A DNA stretch of 63,995 nucleotides, filler included, from Octopus bimaculoides (taxonomy: Eukaryota): NCBI RefSeq assembly GCF_001194135.2. It is 6 parts of 6 records of this genome, joined end to end, with 100 filler letters (N's around TTAATTAATTAA, not from the genome) between each part and the next. Parts side by side here need not be neighbours in the genome. Positions count along the whole stretch, not along the records: positions 38,992 to 60,076 come from NC_068982.1; 5 more parts are not named here. The stretch is one strand, 5' to 3'. This document shows, piece by piece, positions 40,113 through 54,149 of this stretch. Numbering within the stretch: position 1 is the first letter of the stretch; each line of letters begins with the position of its first letter. Position numbers and translations under genes: made by a program. The notes below the pieces were generated by a model that saw nothing but the letters and a program-made list of their open reading frames with translations, was not told the DNA's origin and did not search any database.

Positions 40113-40399
40113 AATAATAATAATAATATGGAACAATGCGATAAGTTGCTAAGTAAACAGCAAAAAGAAAAGAAAAGAAAAAAAAAGTTGAAGTTTTACA
40201 TTGTATTTTTATATTTTGGGGTTATGTCTTATTTAGGACTTTGGAAAAGCGAGGGATGGAAAATTCGTCGCTCAGATGTGTAGAGGAGGAGGGACGCAGG
40301 TGATATTCGCAGACTGGTGTTGCTATAATGACCAGTCTGCTTCATATAGTTCCTTCTTGCTGTAAGTGGCTGGTCTGAATTTGTGGATAAAGAGGGCCT

Positions 40400-40738
40400 C
40401 CATGATTCTGAGAGTGTCCCTTTTTTTTTGTTGTCCTTGTTGCCACTCAAAACAATCCATTGCCTCGTCGCCATAAGCTTACCGAAGTATACCCAATGTC
40501 TCTCTAGCAGACTATCCAAATTTAACGCAAAATTTCACGTTGCCTCTTTGTTCCAACTGCCTGTCCATGACAAGTCTCAGACTACAGTATACATGTAATC
40601 ACAAAAACACAAACTCAGCGATGTCACTCGGCACACTGCCTCATGAAGGTCACTGCTAGTTCTCACTGTGCACGCAACAGAGTACGAGCATGTGTTGGCG
40701 CGCGACAGAACTATTCCGGGAACTTTTTGATACTACTT
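40400..40738 (-). mobile_element. Mariner 5' end relic with TIR
   Basis: Minus strand starts TACGAAGTAGTATCAAAAAGTTCCCGG and later reads NVKFCVKFG*SARETLGILR*AYGDEAM. Confidence 0.7.
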
Positions 40739-41119
40739 CGTATATAGTGTAAAAGGTATTCCGTTTATCTTTTACTTGTTTCAGTCATTAGACTGCGGTC
40801 AATCTGTGGCATCATCTTGAAAATCTTTTAATCGAGTGTATCGACGCCAGTACTTATTTTTTTTAAAGCCTGGAGCTTATTCTATCGGTCTCTTTTGCCG
40901 AATCGATAAGTTACGAGGACATAAACACACCAGTGCCGTTTGTCAAGCGGTGGTGGTGGCGGACAGTCAATCAGACAGGCAGACATACAAACACACACAC
41001 ACACATGTATATATATATATATATATACATATATATATACATATATACATATACATATATATATATATATGTATACATTATATACATGCNNNNNNNNNNN
41101 NNNNNNNNNNNNNNNNNNN

Positions 41120-42322
41120 AATAAATATATTGTTTATTGATAGTGATTAATGTTTAAACACAAAATGGATAAATGCATTTTTATAAATGTTCAAACTGAC
41201 GACCACCGCTCTCCAAACACAGCCGATACCGCGGACCAATGAATTCAAAAACGTTACGAATCATTTAATTCGGAACTGCGAGACATTATCTTTCAATTTC
41301 CTCTCTCAGCTCATCAACTGTTCCTGGTTTTGAGCGGTAAAACTTATCTTCTAGATATCGCCATAAAAATAAGTCCTTTGGAGTGAGGTGTGGTGAACGC
41401 GCCCAGAATTCAACACTACCTCTTCGCCCAATCCATTTATTCGGAAAAGTTGCATCGCAGTAGGTCCTTACATCGCGATGGTTATGGGGAGGTGCTTTAT
41501 CTTGCTGAAAGTACATCGCTTCGCCATCAAATAACTCTTCGACACGTGCAACGACGGATTCCTGCAGCAAGTTTAGGTAAGTATCCTTAGTAGTAGTTTG
41601 GTTAAAAAAGAATGACCCTATGATACCCAATGCTCATATATCCCACATCACACTAATACCTGGTAAGCTCAAATGGTGTTCCATAGTAACGTACGAATTT
41701 TCAGGGCCCAGTAGGTGCAATTAAGTCGGTGAATCGAGCTATTTTAATTAAAACGGGCCTCATGAGTTTAAACAATTTTGGATAAGATGCTGCAACTTCT
41801 ACGCGTTTGCTCAGGTACCACTCACAAATTCAACTCACCAGTCAGGATCGTCTACATTCAGAGCGTGGATTAATGTTGGAGTGTAACACTTCCAACCAAC
41901 TTGCTTTAAAATGCGATGGGCGCTTGATTTGGGGATTCCCATCTCATGAGCCACTTGTCTTACAGATTTCTGTGGGTATTGCCGGAGGGTTTCCAGTAAT
42001 TCTTCTTCCTTTGCAGGGCTGGTTGATGACCGTGGTCTTCCTGAACGCTTCTTATGGACGTTATGCACAGTTCCATCCGATTCAAACTTATCTCGTTTGC
42101 AAGATAAGTTTGTGGATCTTTGTGAAAATGTCCTCTAAACTGTCTTTGCACTTCTATGATATTTTCATGCTTCCAATAGTAACTTTATGATAAATTTTCT
42201 TTCTTCAAAGCTTAGTCGTACTTCTGTCATTATTAGGGTCAAATTGATCTGAAAAAAATTGAAACATGCAGTAAGTTACGGGGAGTCAAAATGTGAGTAC
42301 ATTATTTTGCGGACGCCCTTTA
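41120..42322 (-). mobile_element. Tc1/mariner DD41D (rosa-type) transposon relic
   Basis: RSGRPR and [22 protein letters not shown] (HTH); FQQD...WIGRRG...SPHLTPKD with 41 residues between the 2nd and 3rd D positions; ends GGRQFEHL*. One terminus near 42322 at a TA run. Confidence 0.85.
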
Positions 42323-42327
42323 TATAT

Positions 42328-42403
<76 letters not shown>

Positions 42404-44063
42404 CAGGNNNNNNNNNNNNNNNNNNNNNNNNNNNNNNNNNNNNNNNNNNNNNNNNNNNNNNNNNNNNNNNNNNNNNNNNNNNNNNNNNNNNNNNNNNNNN
42501 NNNNNNNNNNNNNNNNNNNNNNNNNNNNNNNNNNNNNNNNNNNNNNNNNNNNNNNNNNNNNNNNNNNNNNNNNNNNNNNNNNNNNNNNNNNNNNNNNNNN
42601 NNNNNNNNNNNNNNNNNNNNNNNNNNNNNNNNNNNNNNNNNNNNNNNNNNNNNNNNNNNNNNNNNNNNNNNNNNNNNNNNNNNNNNNNNNNNNNNNNNNN
42701 NNNNNNNNNNNNNNNNNNNNNNNNNNNNNNNNNNNNNNNNNNNNNNNNNNNNNNNNNNNNNNNNNNNNNNNNNNNNNNNNNNNNNNNNNNNNNNNNNNNN
42801 NNNNNNNNNNNNNNNNNNNNNNNNNNNNNNNNNNNNNNNNNNNNNNNNNNNNNNNNNNNNNNNNNNNNNNNNNNNNNNNNNNNNNNNNNNNNNNNNNNNN
42901 NNNNNNNNNNNNNNNNNNNNNNNNNNNNNNNNNNNNNNNNNNNNNNNNNNNNNNNNNNNNNNNNNNNNNNNNNNNNNNNNNNNNNNNNNNNNNNNNNNNN
43001 NNNNNNNNNNNNNNNNNNNNNNNNNNNNNNNNNNNNNNNNNNNNNNNNNNNNNNNNNNNNNNNNNNNNNNNNNNNNNNNNNNNNNNNNNNNNNNNNNNNN
43101 NNNNNNNNNNNNNNNNNNNNNNNNNNNNNNNNNNNNNNNNNNNNNNNNNNNNNNNNNNNNNNNNNNNNNNNNNNNNNNNNNNNNNNNNNNNNNNNNNNNN
43201 NNNNNNNNNNNNNNNNNNNNNNNNNNNNNNNNNNNNNNNNNNNNNNNNNNNNNNNNNNNNNNNNNNNNNNNNNNNNNNNNNNNNNNNNNNNNNNNNNNNN
43301 NNNNNNNNNNNNNNNNNNNNNNNNNNNNNNNNNNNNNNNNNNNNNNNNNNNNNNNNNNNNNNNNNNNNNNNNNNCCACAAGGCATTAATTTATTTTGAGG
43401 TGGTGGGTAGTATGATCATGTCTGATGTGGGATGGTCGCGCTTTTCTAAAGAGCTTTACGAGCGTAAGTCAATTGGGTGAGAGTAGGAATCAAAACTGCA
43501 GGGTGAACATTCCATCTATATATTACATGTTATTAATTATCATTATTATTATTGTCATTATTATTATTAAAGCAGCATGCTGGCAGAATCGTTAGCACGC
43601 CGAGTGAAATGCTTAGCGGTATTTCACCTGCCGCTACGTTCTGAGTTCAAATTCCACCGAGGTCGGCTTTGCCTTTCATCCTTTCGGGGTCGATAAATTA
43701 AGTGCCAGTTGAACGCTGGTGTCGATGTAATCGACTCATCCCCACCTCTCCCAAGATGCCCTTGTGGAATAATAATAACGATAATAATGATGATGATTAT
43801 AATAATAATAATAATAATGATAATAATAATAATAATTATTATTATTATTGCCAATACACGAGATGACTTTTGACTTTAGAGAATTTATCGCTGTGGAGTT
43901 TTTGGCCTCCATAGAGACATTAACAGCGCTAGAGAATTCCTGTAGTTAGTCGTATTGAGTTTGTCGAGATCATAAAACTGGAAAGAACAAACACCAAAAA
44001 CAAAAGAAAAACAAATCGGGCAAAGGACAGATTATCGGAGAATGCATTATGTATATGGGTGTA

Positions 44064-44112
<49 letters not shown>

Positions 44113-44125
44113 GTTTGTATGTATA

Positions 44126-44362
44126 TAGGGTGGCCCAAAAGTAGGTTTACAGTTATTCAACTATCTCTTTCGCATTCATATATATTAACAGTTTAGGTCT
44201 TAATTATAAGAAAATATGAAACCATCATTCTATACTAATTTAGTTAATTTTGTCAAGCTCCCTTTTCAGTTTGTAAAATTGAAATTTAAATGTAATAAGA
44301 TGTTTTAAAAGAAATTTAAAGTGCCTACGTGATAACTGTAAGCCTACTTTTGGGCCACCCTG
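44126..44362. mobile_element. Tc1/mariner-type MITE
   Basis: TIRs of about 30 bp (TAGGGTGGCCCAAAAGTAGGTTTACAGTTAT / ATAACTGTAAGCCTACTTTTGGGCCACCCTG) with TA flanks. Confidence 0.88.
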
Positions 44363-44878
44363 TATATATATTAATGTTTATTTTTATCTTGTACCTGTTA
44401 TCTCTTACTTGTTTCAGTCTTTAGACTGCGACCACGCTGCAGCACTACCTTCAAGAATCTTTAGTCGATCCCACTACTTATGACTTTTAAAGCGTGGTAC
44501 TTATTGTATTGGTCGTTATTGCCGAACCGCTATGTTACGGGGGTGGTATCTTATGTTCAGTTATAATAATAAAAACAAGTTTACATTAATCTAATGGGTT
44601 ACGCTTTATATTTTTGTAGAGTACAAAAACAAATTTATTATTCTTAAACAAGAAACTTGTTGAGAGTGGCATGGAAGTTTGGCAAACAAAGCCATCGTCG
44701 GATAATAACCCGGCTAGCGATAACCTCGAAGTCACAGTCAACAATATTCTCGTTTAAGTATAATATATATGATTCACCGCTAAAACGGAAAAGACTTTCC
44801 CACCTTCCCGAGCGTCAGACTAATACACCTGCTTGTTGTTTATACACCTGTCTTCGTCTTTTGTTTTTCTGTAACTTT

Positions 44879-44945
<67 letters not shown>

Positions 44946-45144
44946 GCTAGATGTGTCAAAACAATCGTCGTGATTAATGATAAATTCTCGTATATTCCAT
45001 CTTCCGTCTTTCATTTGCCATATATATATATCCATATATATATATATATATATGGGGGATGTACGAAAAAAAAAACAACTGACGAGGACAGGTGGTGTAA
45101 ACAACAAAAAGATGTATTAGTTTAACGCTCGGGAATACAGAAAG

Positions 45145-45181
45145 TCTTTAACGTTTCGAGCTACGCTCTTCAACAGAAAGA
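45145..45181 (-). ncRNA. Minimal hammerhead-like motif (core variant CUGUUGA)
   Basis: TCTTT-CTGTTGA-A-GAGC-GTA-GCTC-GAA-ACGT-T-AAAGA. Confidence 0.65.
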
Positions 45182-47925
45182 ATAAGGAGAAAACAAGGAG
45201 AAAAACACGGAGAAAAAAAATTGAATGGTTTGGTCAGCGATCTATATATAAATTTATGATTTTGCACTCTACGCACACTGTCTAAAATTGGGTTGGAGAG
45301 GGAGAGTTCACACATTTCAATCCTAGTGCTGGACTGGTATTTTAGTTAATCGAAAAGATGAAGTTGACGTTGGGAATATTTGAACGTTAGATTGTAAAGA
45401 ACTAAACAAATACCGCAAATATTTCCCACGGTGCTCTACCGATTCAAACCCATCATCTGCGTGGTTATATATTATATATTGATAAAAATATAATTATCGT
45501 CTTGCCAACTATAGTTTTTCCTACCTACGTTTAATTTTTCCCTCTGTTAATCTTAATTTTCATACATCCGAGGGTTAGCAAAAAGCAATATGGTGTGTAC
45601 CCAATCAACTGTACCAGGTTTCTGGCAAGGATTTTACATTTTGCCAGAGTTCTTAAGTAAGATTTCATTTATCATATTCCCGCCAATAATCTGTCTGTGT
45701 TCCTGATTGATCAGTCATTAAATACCGCTAGGCTTCGCAAAGTAGCAAACACGATTTTATTTCTCCTACAAGGTAAAGAAATTGCAATGAAGCGTAAAAT
45801 ACCAATCATTTGCATTAATTGTTGTAAATGATATTGTCATATTGCTGAAAGATAGGTCTTTAGATTCTTTATTTCTACATCCGCAGTGCTAAATTTTGTA
45901 CTTGTCTGACTGCATTAGAGGCAAGTTTATGAAATACGTAAGTGCGGTCAAGCTAGGCCCTCTCGTATGTACATAATGGTGTAAAATTCGTCTGGTGTAT
46001 TAATTAATAAGATCATCAACACAATGTATATGAGACTAAATTTGTAGGCAAATTTACAATCAATAATGTATCTATTCATTCTTAATATCTGCTCATTCTT
46101 TTCTTCACTGGGAAAACTGACCCATGGTTAAACAATCAAAGCGTTGTTGCCACTGAGAAAAATCGAGTCAACTAATCGATTAGTCGTGCTTACATTGCTA
46201 GTATAATATCCTTACCGTTGTTTATGGGCTCTTCCGTGAAAGTAAACGGACCCTGACAACAACTTTGATGAGAAGCTACAAATCATTCCATTCTATCTTT
46301 TTCCTGGATACCGACACCTTTGTAAATTAACCCCATTCTGCTTTGTTCACAGTAAGATTAAATATATAACATTTAAAAAAATTGTAACTTGGTTCAAAAA
46401 CTTAATTCTCAAAGATTTAATACACTTTGTTGGTTTATTAGAAAGTATTCTTATATTGAGAGGTTCTTCTCGGGTTTTTAGTCAATCATATCGACTCTGC
46501 TTTTGTTTCAATCTGGTATTTTATCGATAGATATTTTTCGAATGACTAAGTTATTGCTTTTCACACACCACTGATTTATCATAGGAAAAATCAACATAGA
46601 TACATACCCCACCATGAACGAACGTGCCCCCCCCACACACACACATACATACGGCGGGTTTCTTTGCAGTTTCTGTTGACAGGATTTCACACAAAAACAT
46701 TAGGGCACCTGATGCCAGAGTTAGAAATACTTTCCTAGAGTGCTGCACAAAGAGATAGAACCTGGGACCATGTCCCTTCAAAAGAAATTTCTTAACGCAA
46801 CATTTATCTGATACATTTGATTATAGCGGTAAGGTGATAAAATGTTGATTGTAATTTTTACGTGGTGGTCAGTTAGATGTTGATAGGATAATGAACTGAG
46901 AAGAGAGAGAGAGGGAGAAGAAGAAGAAGAAGAAGAAGAAGAAGAAGAAGAAGAAGAAGAAGAAGAAGAAGAAGAAGGAAAGACATAGGAAGAGGTGGAG
47001 TTGGAGGAGGACAATGATGACGAAAAAGATAATGATGGTGATGATTTTGGAAAGGATGTGCTGCTGGTGATGATGGTGGAAAAAGATTATAACGAAGAGG
47101 ATGAAAATGATAAGGATGAGTATGTGACAGTACTACTGTTGTTGTTGCTGTTGATGTCAGTTGTGGGCGTCGGGTTCAGAGTACTGGTAGTAGTGTTGGT
47201 AATCGGGTCANNNNNNNNNNNNNNNNNNNNNNNNNNNNNNNNNNNNNNNNNNNNNNNNNNNNNNNNNNNNNNNNNNNNNNNNNNNNNNNNNNNNNNNNNN
47301 NNNNNNNNNNNNNNNNNNNNNNNNNNNNNNNNNNNNNNNNNNNNNNNNNNNNNNNNNNNNNNNNNNNNNNNNNNNNNNNNNNNNNNNNNNNNNNNNNNNN
47401 NNNNNNNNNNNNNNNNNNNNNNNNNNNNNNNNNNNNNNNNNNNNNNNNNNNNNNNNNNNNNNNNNNNNNNNNNNNNNNNNNNNNNNNNNNNNNNNNNNNN
47501 NNNNNNNNNNNNNNNNNNNNNNNNNNNNNNNNNNNNNNNNNNNNNNNNNNNNNNNNNNNNNNNNNNNNNNNNNNNNNNNNNNNNNNNNNNNNNNNNNNNN
47601 NNNNNNNNNNNNNNNNNNNNNNNNNNNNNNNNNNNNNNNNNNNNNNNNNNNNNNNNNNNNNNNNNNNNNNNNNNNNNNNNNNNNNNNNNNNNNNNNNNNN
47701 NNNNNNNNNNNNNNNNNNNNNNNNNNNNNNNNNNNNNNNNNNNNNNNNNNNNNNNNNNNNNNNNNNNNNNNNNNNNNNNNNNNNNNNNNNNNNNNNNNNN
47801 NNNNNNNNNNTGATGATGATGACGACGACGACGACGACGACGACGATAATCATCATGACCGCCACCAGCACCAGAGGCAGTACCACCAGCATCACCACCA
47901 GCACCAAAACCACCACCCTCACCCT

Positions 47926-47970
<45 letters not shown>

Positions 47971-48264
47971 TATAATCGTCGTCGTCATCGTCGTCCTCAT
48001 CATCATCATCCCCACCATTACCACCCATACCATCACCCACACCACCAGTCATACCACTACCACCACCGCCACCACCATCTTCACCCACCACCACTGCCAT
48101 CACTATCACTATGTCTAAATCGTTGGTTAAACGCCAGCAATTCATTTTAACTGGACCCCGTTTCTTCTGGAGGCGTTGTTTTGGCAGGCTTAGATTGGAA
48201 ACAGTGTGAGGTTAAAGTGTAATGTGACATTTGGCAGTGTTCTTGGTCCATAATCACGTATCTA

Positions 48265-48330
48265 ACTCTGATTGGTCGATATTTCCCATAACCTACAACG
48301 CAATGTGACGTCATAGTCAACATGGCTACC
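48265..48330. promoter_or_regulatory. Possible promoter motif cluster (CCAAT, CRE, YY1-like)
   Basis: ATTGG 48271-48275, TGACGTCA 48306-48313, AACATGGC 48319-48326; no linked gene identified. Confidence 0.3.
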
Positions 48331-48605
48331 AGTGTTCGTTTATAATTTACTGACTGCAATTTCTTTTCTCGTTTTTCTTTCTTTCTCTTCTCACATTGTA
48401 TTTTTACGGGTATCAGATTTAAAATATAACAGATACGGTTGCCGATTATGTTTTAGCAATTTTGTATCTAAAGTTAGTTGACACTCTTACATAAATTTAC
48501 AAATAAATTGCAAATATACGGAGATTAAAAACAAAAAAAATCAAGTAAAAAATAGATGCGTATACATAAAATGTATTCGTGAATACCTGAAACACAATCT
48601 AAACG

Positions 48606-48656
<51 letters not shown>

Positions 48657-49366
48657 CGACGACGACGACGACGGTGACGATGTTGATGATGACGATGATG
48701 ACAGCAGTGGTTGTGATGGTCATGGTGATGATGACGTAGATGAGGATGATTACAACGATGATGACGGTGACAATAATGATGATAATGATCACGATGATGA
48801 TGATGATGACGATGGTGATGATGGCGATAATGATGCCAATGGCTGGCGACGGCTACAGCTACAACAACGATAACCGGGTTATTTTGATATAAGCAAAAAT
48901 AAAAGGAAAAAAAAAATTGAAAAGGAAACACAAACAGTTCATGAGGCACGAGAATGGTAAATGGGAAACGTGGTAAATTTGCAGGAAATGTAATCAGTTG
49001 AGTAATAAACTTTGATTGAGACGAACTAAGCAGGTCGCTTCACTTGCTAGAAATAACAGACAAATCCCACTCAACTTGTATTTTACTGACTTAAGACTGG
49101 AAGATATGTTGGATTATTTCTTTCTAGATTCATTATGTTTTGAGAGTCGGATTGAATAGTCATGGTTGGAATGTCTGTGATCATAACTGTATACACGTCT
49201 GAACTTGTGCTAAGCAACAACGATAACAGTTTCCGTGGAGCAAAATTACCAAACCTGATTAGTAACTGATGTGAATATTGAAAGAACTTTTTCGGTGGCA
49301 ACATATTCTACACACTATTTACAGAAACAATCACACCGTCAAAGGACAAAGAGAGTGAGAAAGAGA

Positions 49367-49450
<84 letters not shown>

Positions 49451-50235
49451 ATTAACACAGCAACCAACATTGCAACATTGCACTTCCGCTAACTTTCTAC
49501 TGACATACTGACACAGACCAATGGAAATGGTAAAACTCTTGTTATTTCTTCGGAGAGAATTTAAACTGGAATTGTTGTGTTGTTTTCCAATATATTGCTG
49601 CGGGTCAAACCATTTACAACCGGGGTCAAGAGAAGCGTTTACGTTATCGACGACCATATTAACAACAAGTGATATTGTAGTGTTGATGTGGCATGGAAAT
49701 ATCTAACACGCATGGTAACTTCTGATTTATTACCATTGCATGGACGTGTTTATTTTTCTTCAATTATCATTGGACTGCACAGCAACTGCTATCGATCAGA
49801 GTAAAAGGAACTCAACACGAAAATATACTGACCTTCTCCGCAACAAGATTAACAGTTTAAAGGATAACATCAGAAACTTGCTCTCTATCGTGAAGAATAA
49901 AATGTAAAACAAATTGGTTAGACTGCGATTCTGAATTAAAGATAGATTCCTTAAAATATACAGAATCGAATATACAGAATCTTTAAAATATATTGACCTT
50001 CCGACAAGGAAACTCAAGAAAAAAAGGTAATAAAATAAAAATAATAATCACTTAACTGCAGGTTCGCTACAAATTCTTCAAACTGGATAGCAGAATAAAA
50101 GAAAAACTATCGTTCTATCGTGACCAAATATCTGGAAGCATTCTGAAGAAGTCTGTGGAATGTAATAAATAACATTACCACTATCTAGCATGGCTAAACA
50201 ATCTTGGAAGTTAACAATACGAAATAATAATAATG

Positions 50236-50303
<68 letters not shown>

Positions 50304-51272
50304 CTAAAAAAAAATACCCATAGCAAAGACGAGGATGTTTTCATTGCAAGTTGTCGAAAATTAGAGGAACCTAATATCACGGAAGAGAGAACTGATATTA
50401 GATTCAGATAAGGTTCTGTAGAACGAGTATCAGCAATCTTTTACAAGTAAACATTGTATAGAAATGTAGGTTATTGAGAATAAACTGCACACAAGTAAGA
50501 CTACTGACTATGAACAGTGAAAGAAAATTATTTAGCAATAAACTACAAGACATTCATGTGTAAATATAATGCATAATGTTTTCGTATCGGTATTGTAAGA
50601 TTCTTGATGTGGAAACATGTGTTAGTGTACTTTGGGAGGATCATACAGCAAATTAAAGCATACGAACTGGTTATGTTTCACTTCAGTTTTATTAACAATT
50701 AACTAAATAAACAGTTGATAAAGGAAAAAATGAATAAACTATTTGATTAATTAGTAAATGAAAATTCTTTCGTCACAGTCTCTGATGTAATCAATTATGA
50801 TGCGCTTCTTTTACACAATCTCTGTGATCGTCACCGATAAGATCACAAGCTGTGACGAAAGCATTTTGACAAACGATCAATTAGAAAATTTGTTTATTTC
50901 GTCATTGCTGTGATGTAAACTGGAACCTACTGATTTGCTCGCGGGCCAGATTAATTGCGTAAATTTCGATCGAATCAGTGAGTTATGTTCTGCTATTTCA
51001 ACAGATGTGCTTCATCACTGATATACCATACAGAGTCCAGACACAAGCCTATTTAACTTTGTTGCTGCACATAAAATATGGTTCACTCTACACACGTCGT
51101 CAACTTTTTATCTGTACGTTATCGTCAACGAAATAGGTTATGGCACATATCAGAATACTTGAAGAATGTAAATTCATCACTTTACAGTTTACCTTCACAT
51201 AAGAACACATAATAAATAATTTGTTGCATGATACATTTATGTGTATTCACAAGCACATACAAACTCACTTGC

Positions 51273-51341
<69 letters not shown>

Positions 51342-51402
51342 NNNNNNNNNNAGATATATATGTGTATGTGTGCATGTATGTCATTATTCAGTTTATTTCA
51401 AG

Positions 51403-51612
51403 GTGGCGAGCTGGCAGAAACGTTAGCACGCTGGGCAAAATGCTTAGCGGTATTTCGTCTATCTTTACGTTCTGAGTTCAAATTCCTCCGAGGTCGACTT
51501 TGCCGTTCATCCTTTTGGGGTCGATAAATTAAGTGCCAGTTGCGTACTGGAGTCAATCTAATCGACAGGCCCCTCACCAAAATTTTCGGGCCTTGTGCCC
51601 AGAGTAAAAAGG
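51403..51612 (+). mobile_element. Family A SINE with 20-bp target-site duplication
   Basis: ATTATTCAGTTTATTTCAAG at 51383-51402 and 51613-51632. Confidence 0.9.
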
Positions 51613-53100
51613 ATTATTCAGTTTATTTCAAGATTTCTAGCCAATAAAGAAAGAACCAGTTTCTAACCTAGATCCAAGGTTCCTTCACTGGAATTTCAAC
51701 ATCAACAACACGGTATGTTTGTTTGTATGTATGTATGTATGTATGTATGTATGTATGTATGTATGTACACACTTATACACACACAAACAAACATATATAT
51801 ACTTTCTTTGAAGCAGAACATTGCGTCCACTCTTCAATAAAATCATAGTATCTTCCGGTTAACATTACTCTACGCCAGAACTGGTTACCGTTTATATAAA
51901 TAGCCCTATTTTTCACCTCTCCCTACATACTCAAGCAATATTTTACACTCAAATATATCAAAGAAGAGCCACTATCTACAACGGTAATCCCACCAGCATA
52001 ACCCCTTCCCTAAACGTAAACGCACATAGCACATAAACTCCGCACGCAAAAGAAATATGCCCTAATGATGAACTAACTCAGCACACAAGTATAAGAACAC
52101 CACGCAAAGAACAAAAGCAAAATCTTGCATACAAATTTATCACTCAACAATTTTCCTAAAAGGCAAATCCAAGGGAGGCAAACATCCAAAAGATAGCAAC
52201 CAAGAGTGACGCCCCTTGATTCACTGTTTTATTCACGTGAATTTACGACAACGCCGTGAACTAAACGGGGCTGTGTTTTCCAAAATAGAGACAAACACCT
52301 TTCTCCATGTGATCGGCTCGAAAATTGTTAAGACACTAGGATATTTTCCTACTTTTCTTGACATGAAATCCATATTAGCCTTAATTCACAAATAAAGAAA
52401 TTATATCCACCAATGCAGTGTTGAGCACTCATTTTCCTCGTCCGACATTTACATATATGTATGTATATATATAATATTTTTATATCCACTATGTCGATGT
52501 TATATGTGTGTGTCTCTTCATACATATATAAAGCAAACACACACACAGAACAAACTCACACGCACGCGCATATACACACACACAGGCGCACACATAGACA
52601 CAAGAACACAACATATACATATTTTTCCAGATGTTTTCTAGCGATGCTTTTGTATATTTTAAAATTTTCTAATGCTTATACTTTAATGAGTGTATAATTA
52701 TATATTCTAAAAATGTCGGTAGGTGATGTGGCTGCGAAACACTTTATTATTTTGATGTATTAACCTTATTTTCTAGTAAGCGTCTGTACAATACTAAATA
52801 TTTAATACTAAACAACCAACTTCAAATTTACATACACTCTACGTTCGCTGCTAAGGTAAAATCGTGAAACACGTTTTGAAATATCGATCGCTGAGTGCAA
52901 CAAAACAATATCTTCAGATAAGGACGACGAAAAGACTTGTAACGACATACAATATTTTTCCGCTCTAAGATAAAAATCTCACTGTAAAGATACACACACA
53001 CACACACACACAAACACACACTCACACACGCGCGTGCACACGCACACACATAAATAGACATATAGATGTATAGAAATATATATATGTATATATATATATG

Positions 53101-53146
<46 letters not shown>

Positions 53147-53640
53147 NNNNNNNNNNNNNNNNNNNNNNNNNNNNNNNNNNNNNNNNNNNNNNNNNNNNNN
53201 NNNNNNNNNNNNNNNNNNNNNNNNNNNNNNNNNNNNNNNNNNNNNNNNNNNNNNNNNNNNNNNNNNNNNNNNNNNNNNNNNNNNNNNNNNNNNNNNNNNN
53301 NNNNNNNNNNNNNNNNNNNNNNNNNNNNNNNNNNNNNNNNNNNNNNNNNNNNNNNNNNNNNNNNNNNNNNNNNNNNNNNNNNNNNNNNNNNNNNNNNNNN
53401 NNNNNNNNNNNNNNNNNNNNNNNNNNNNNNNNNNNNNNNNNNNNNNNNNNNNNNNNNNNNNNNNNNNNNNNNNNNNNNNNNNNNNNNNNNNNNNNNNNNN
53501 NNNNNNNNNNNNNNNNNNNNNNNNNNNNNNNNNNNNNNNNNNNNNNNNNNNNNNNNNNNNNNNNNNNNNNNNNNNNNNNNNNNNNNNNNNNNNNNNNNNN
53601 NNNNNNNNNNNNNNNNNNNNNNNNNNNNNNNNNNNNNNNN

Positions 53641-53672
<32 letters not shown>

Positions 53673-53754
53673 TATGTATATATATGTATGTATGTATATA
53701 TATATATATATCTGTCTGTTTTTGAAGCTGTCCCCGTCCCTCTCTCTCTTTCAC

Positions 53755-53787
<33 letters not shown>

Positions 53788-53833
53788 GTATATATATATA
53801 TATAGATACATAGATAACTAGATACATAGATAA

Positions 53834-53871
<38 letters not shown>

Positions 53872-54149
53872 GATTGTATATGAATACATTTTTATATACA
53901 GGAAATTTTTATTCACTGTGTATTATATGCATACGAATAGATATATATATGTATATATGTATATATGTACGTGTGTTTGTGTGTGTACACACGCTCGCGC
54001 GCACGCACAAACACACACACTCACATGTTCAATTTAATATTCTTTCTCTTTCACTCTCACACTTACTCATATAGGAATATACATATATTTGTGTGTACAT
54101 AGCAAGCATCAGCAAACCCATAAAAAATTATAAAAACTAGAATTAAGAA

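Noticed and set aside
43390-43465. Possible next GH20 exon ending at gtaagt (..GWSRFSKELYE)
   Set aside because: No GH20 LWSE motif, it lies beyond a join, and similarity is too weak.
45560-46350. Fragments vaguely resembling a GPCR TM3 or a Penelope RT/GIY-YIG on the minus strand; also 49083-50000
   Set aside because: Many stops and only 5-8-residue resemblances; not supportable without a search.
51005-51140. DIPYRV peptide resembling the chitobiase C-terminal YRV motif
   Set aside because: The downstream residues do not match and the frame ends in a stop; chance hit.
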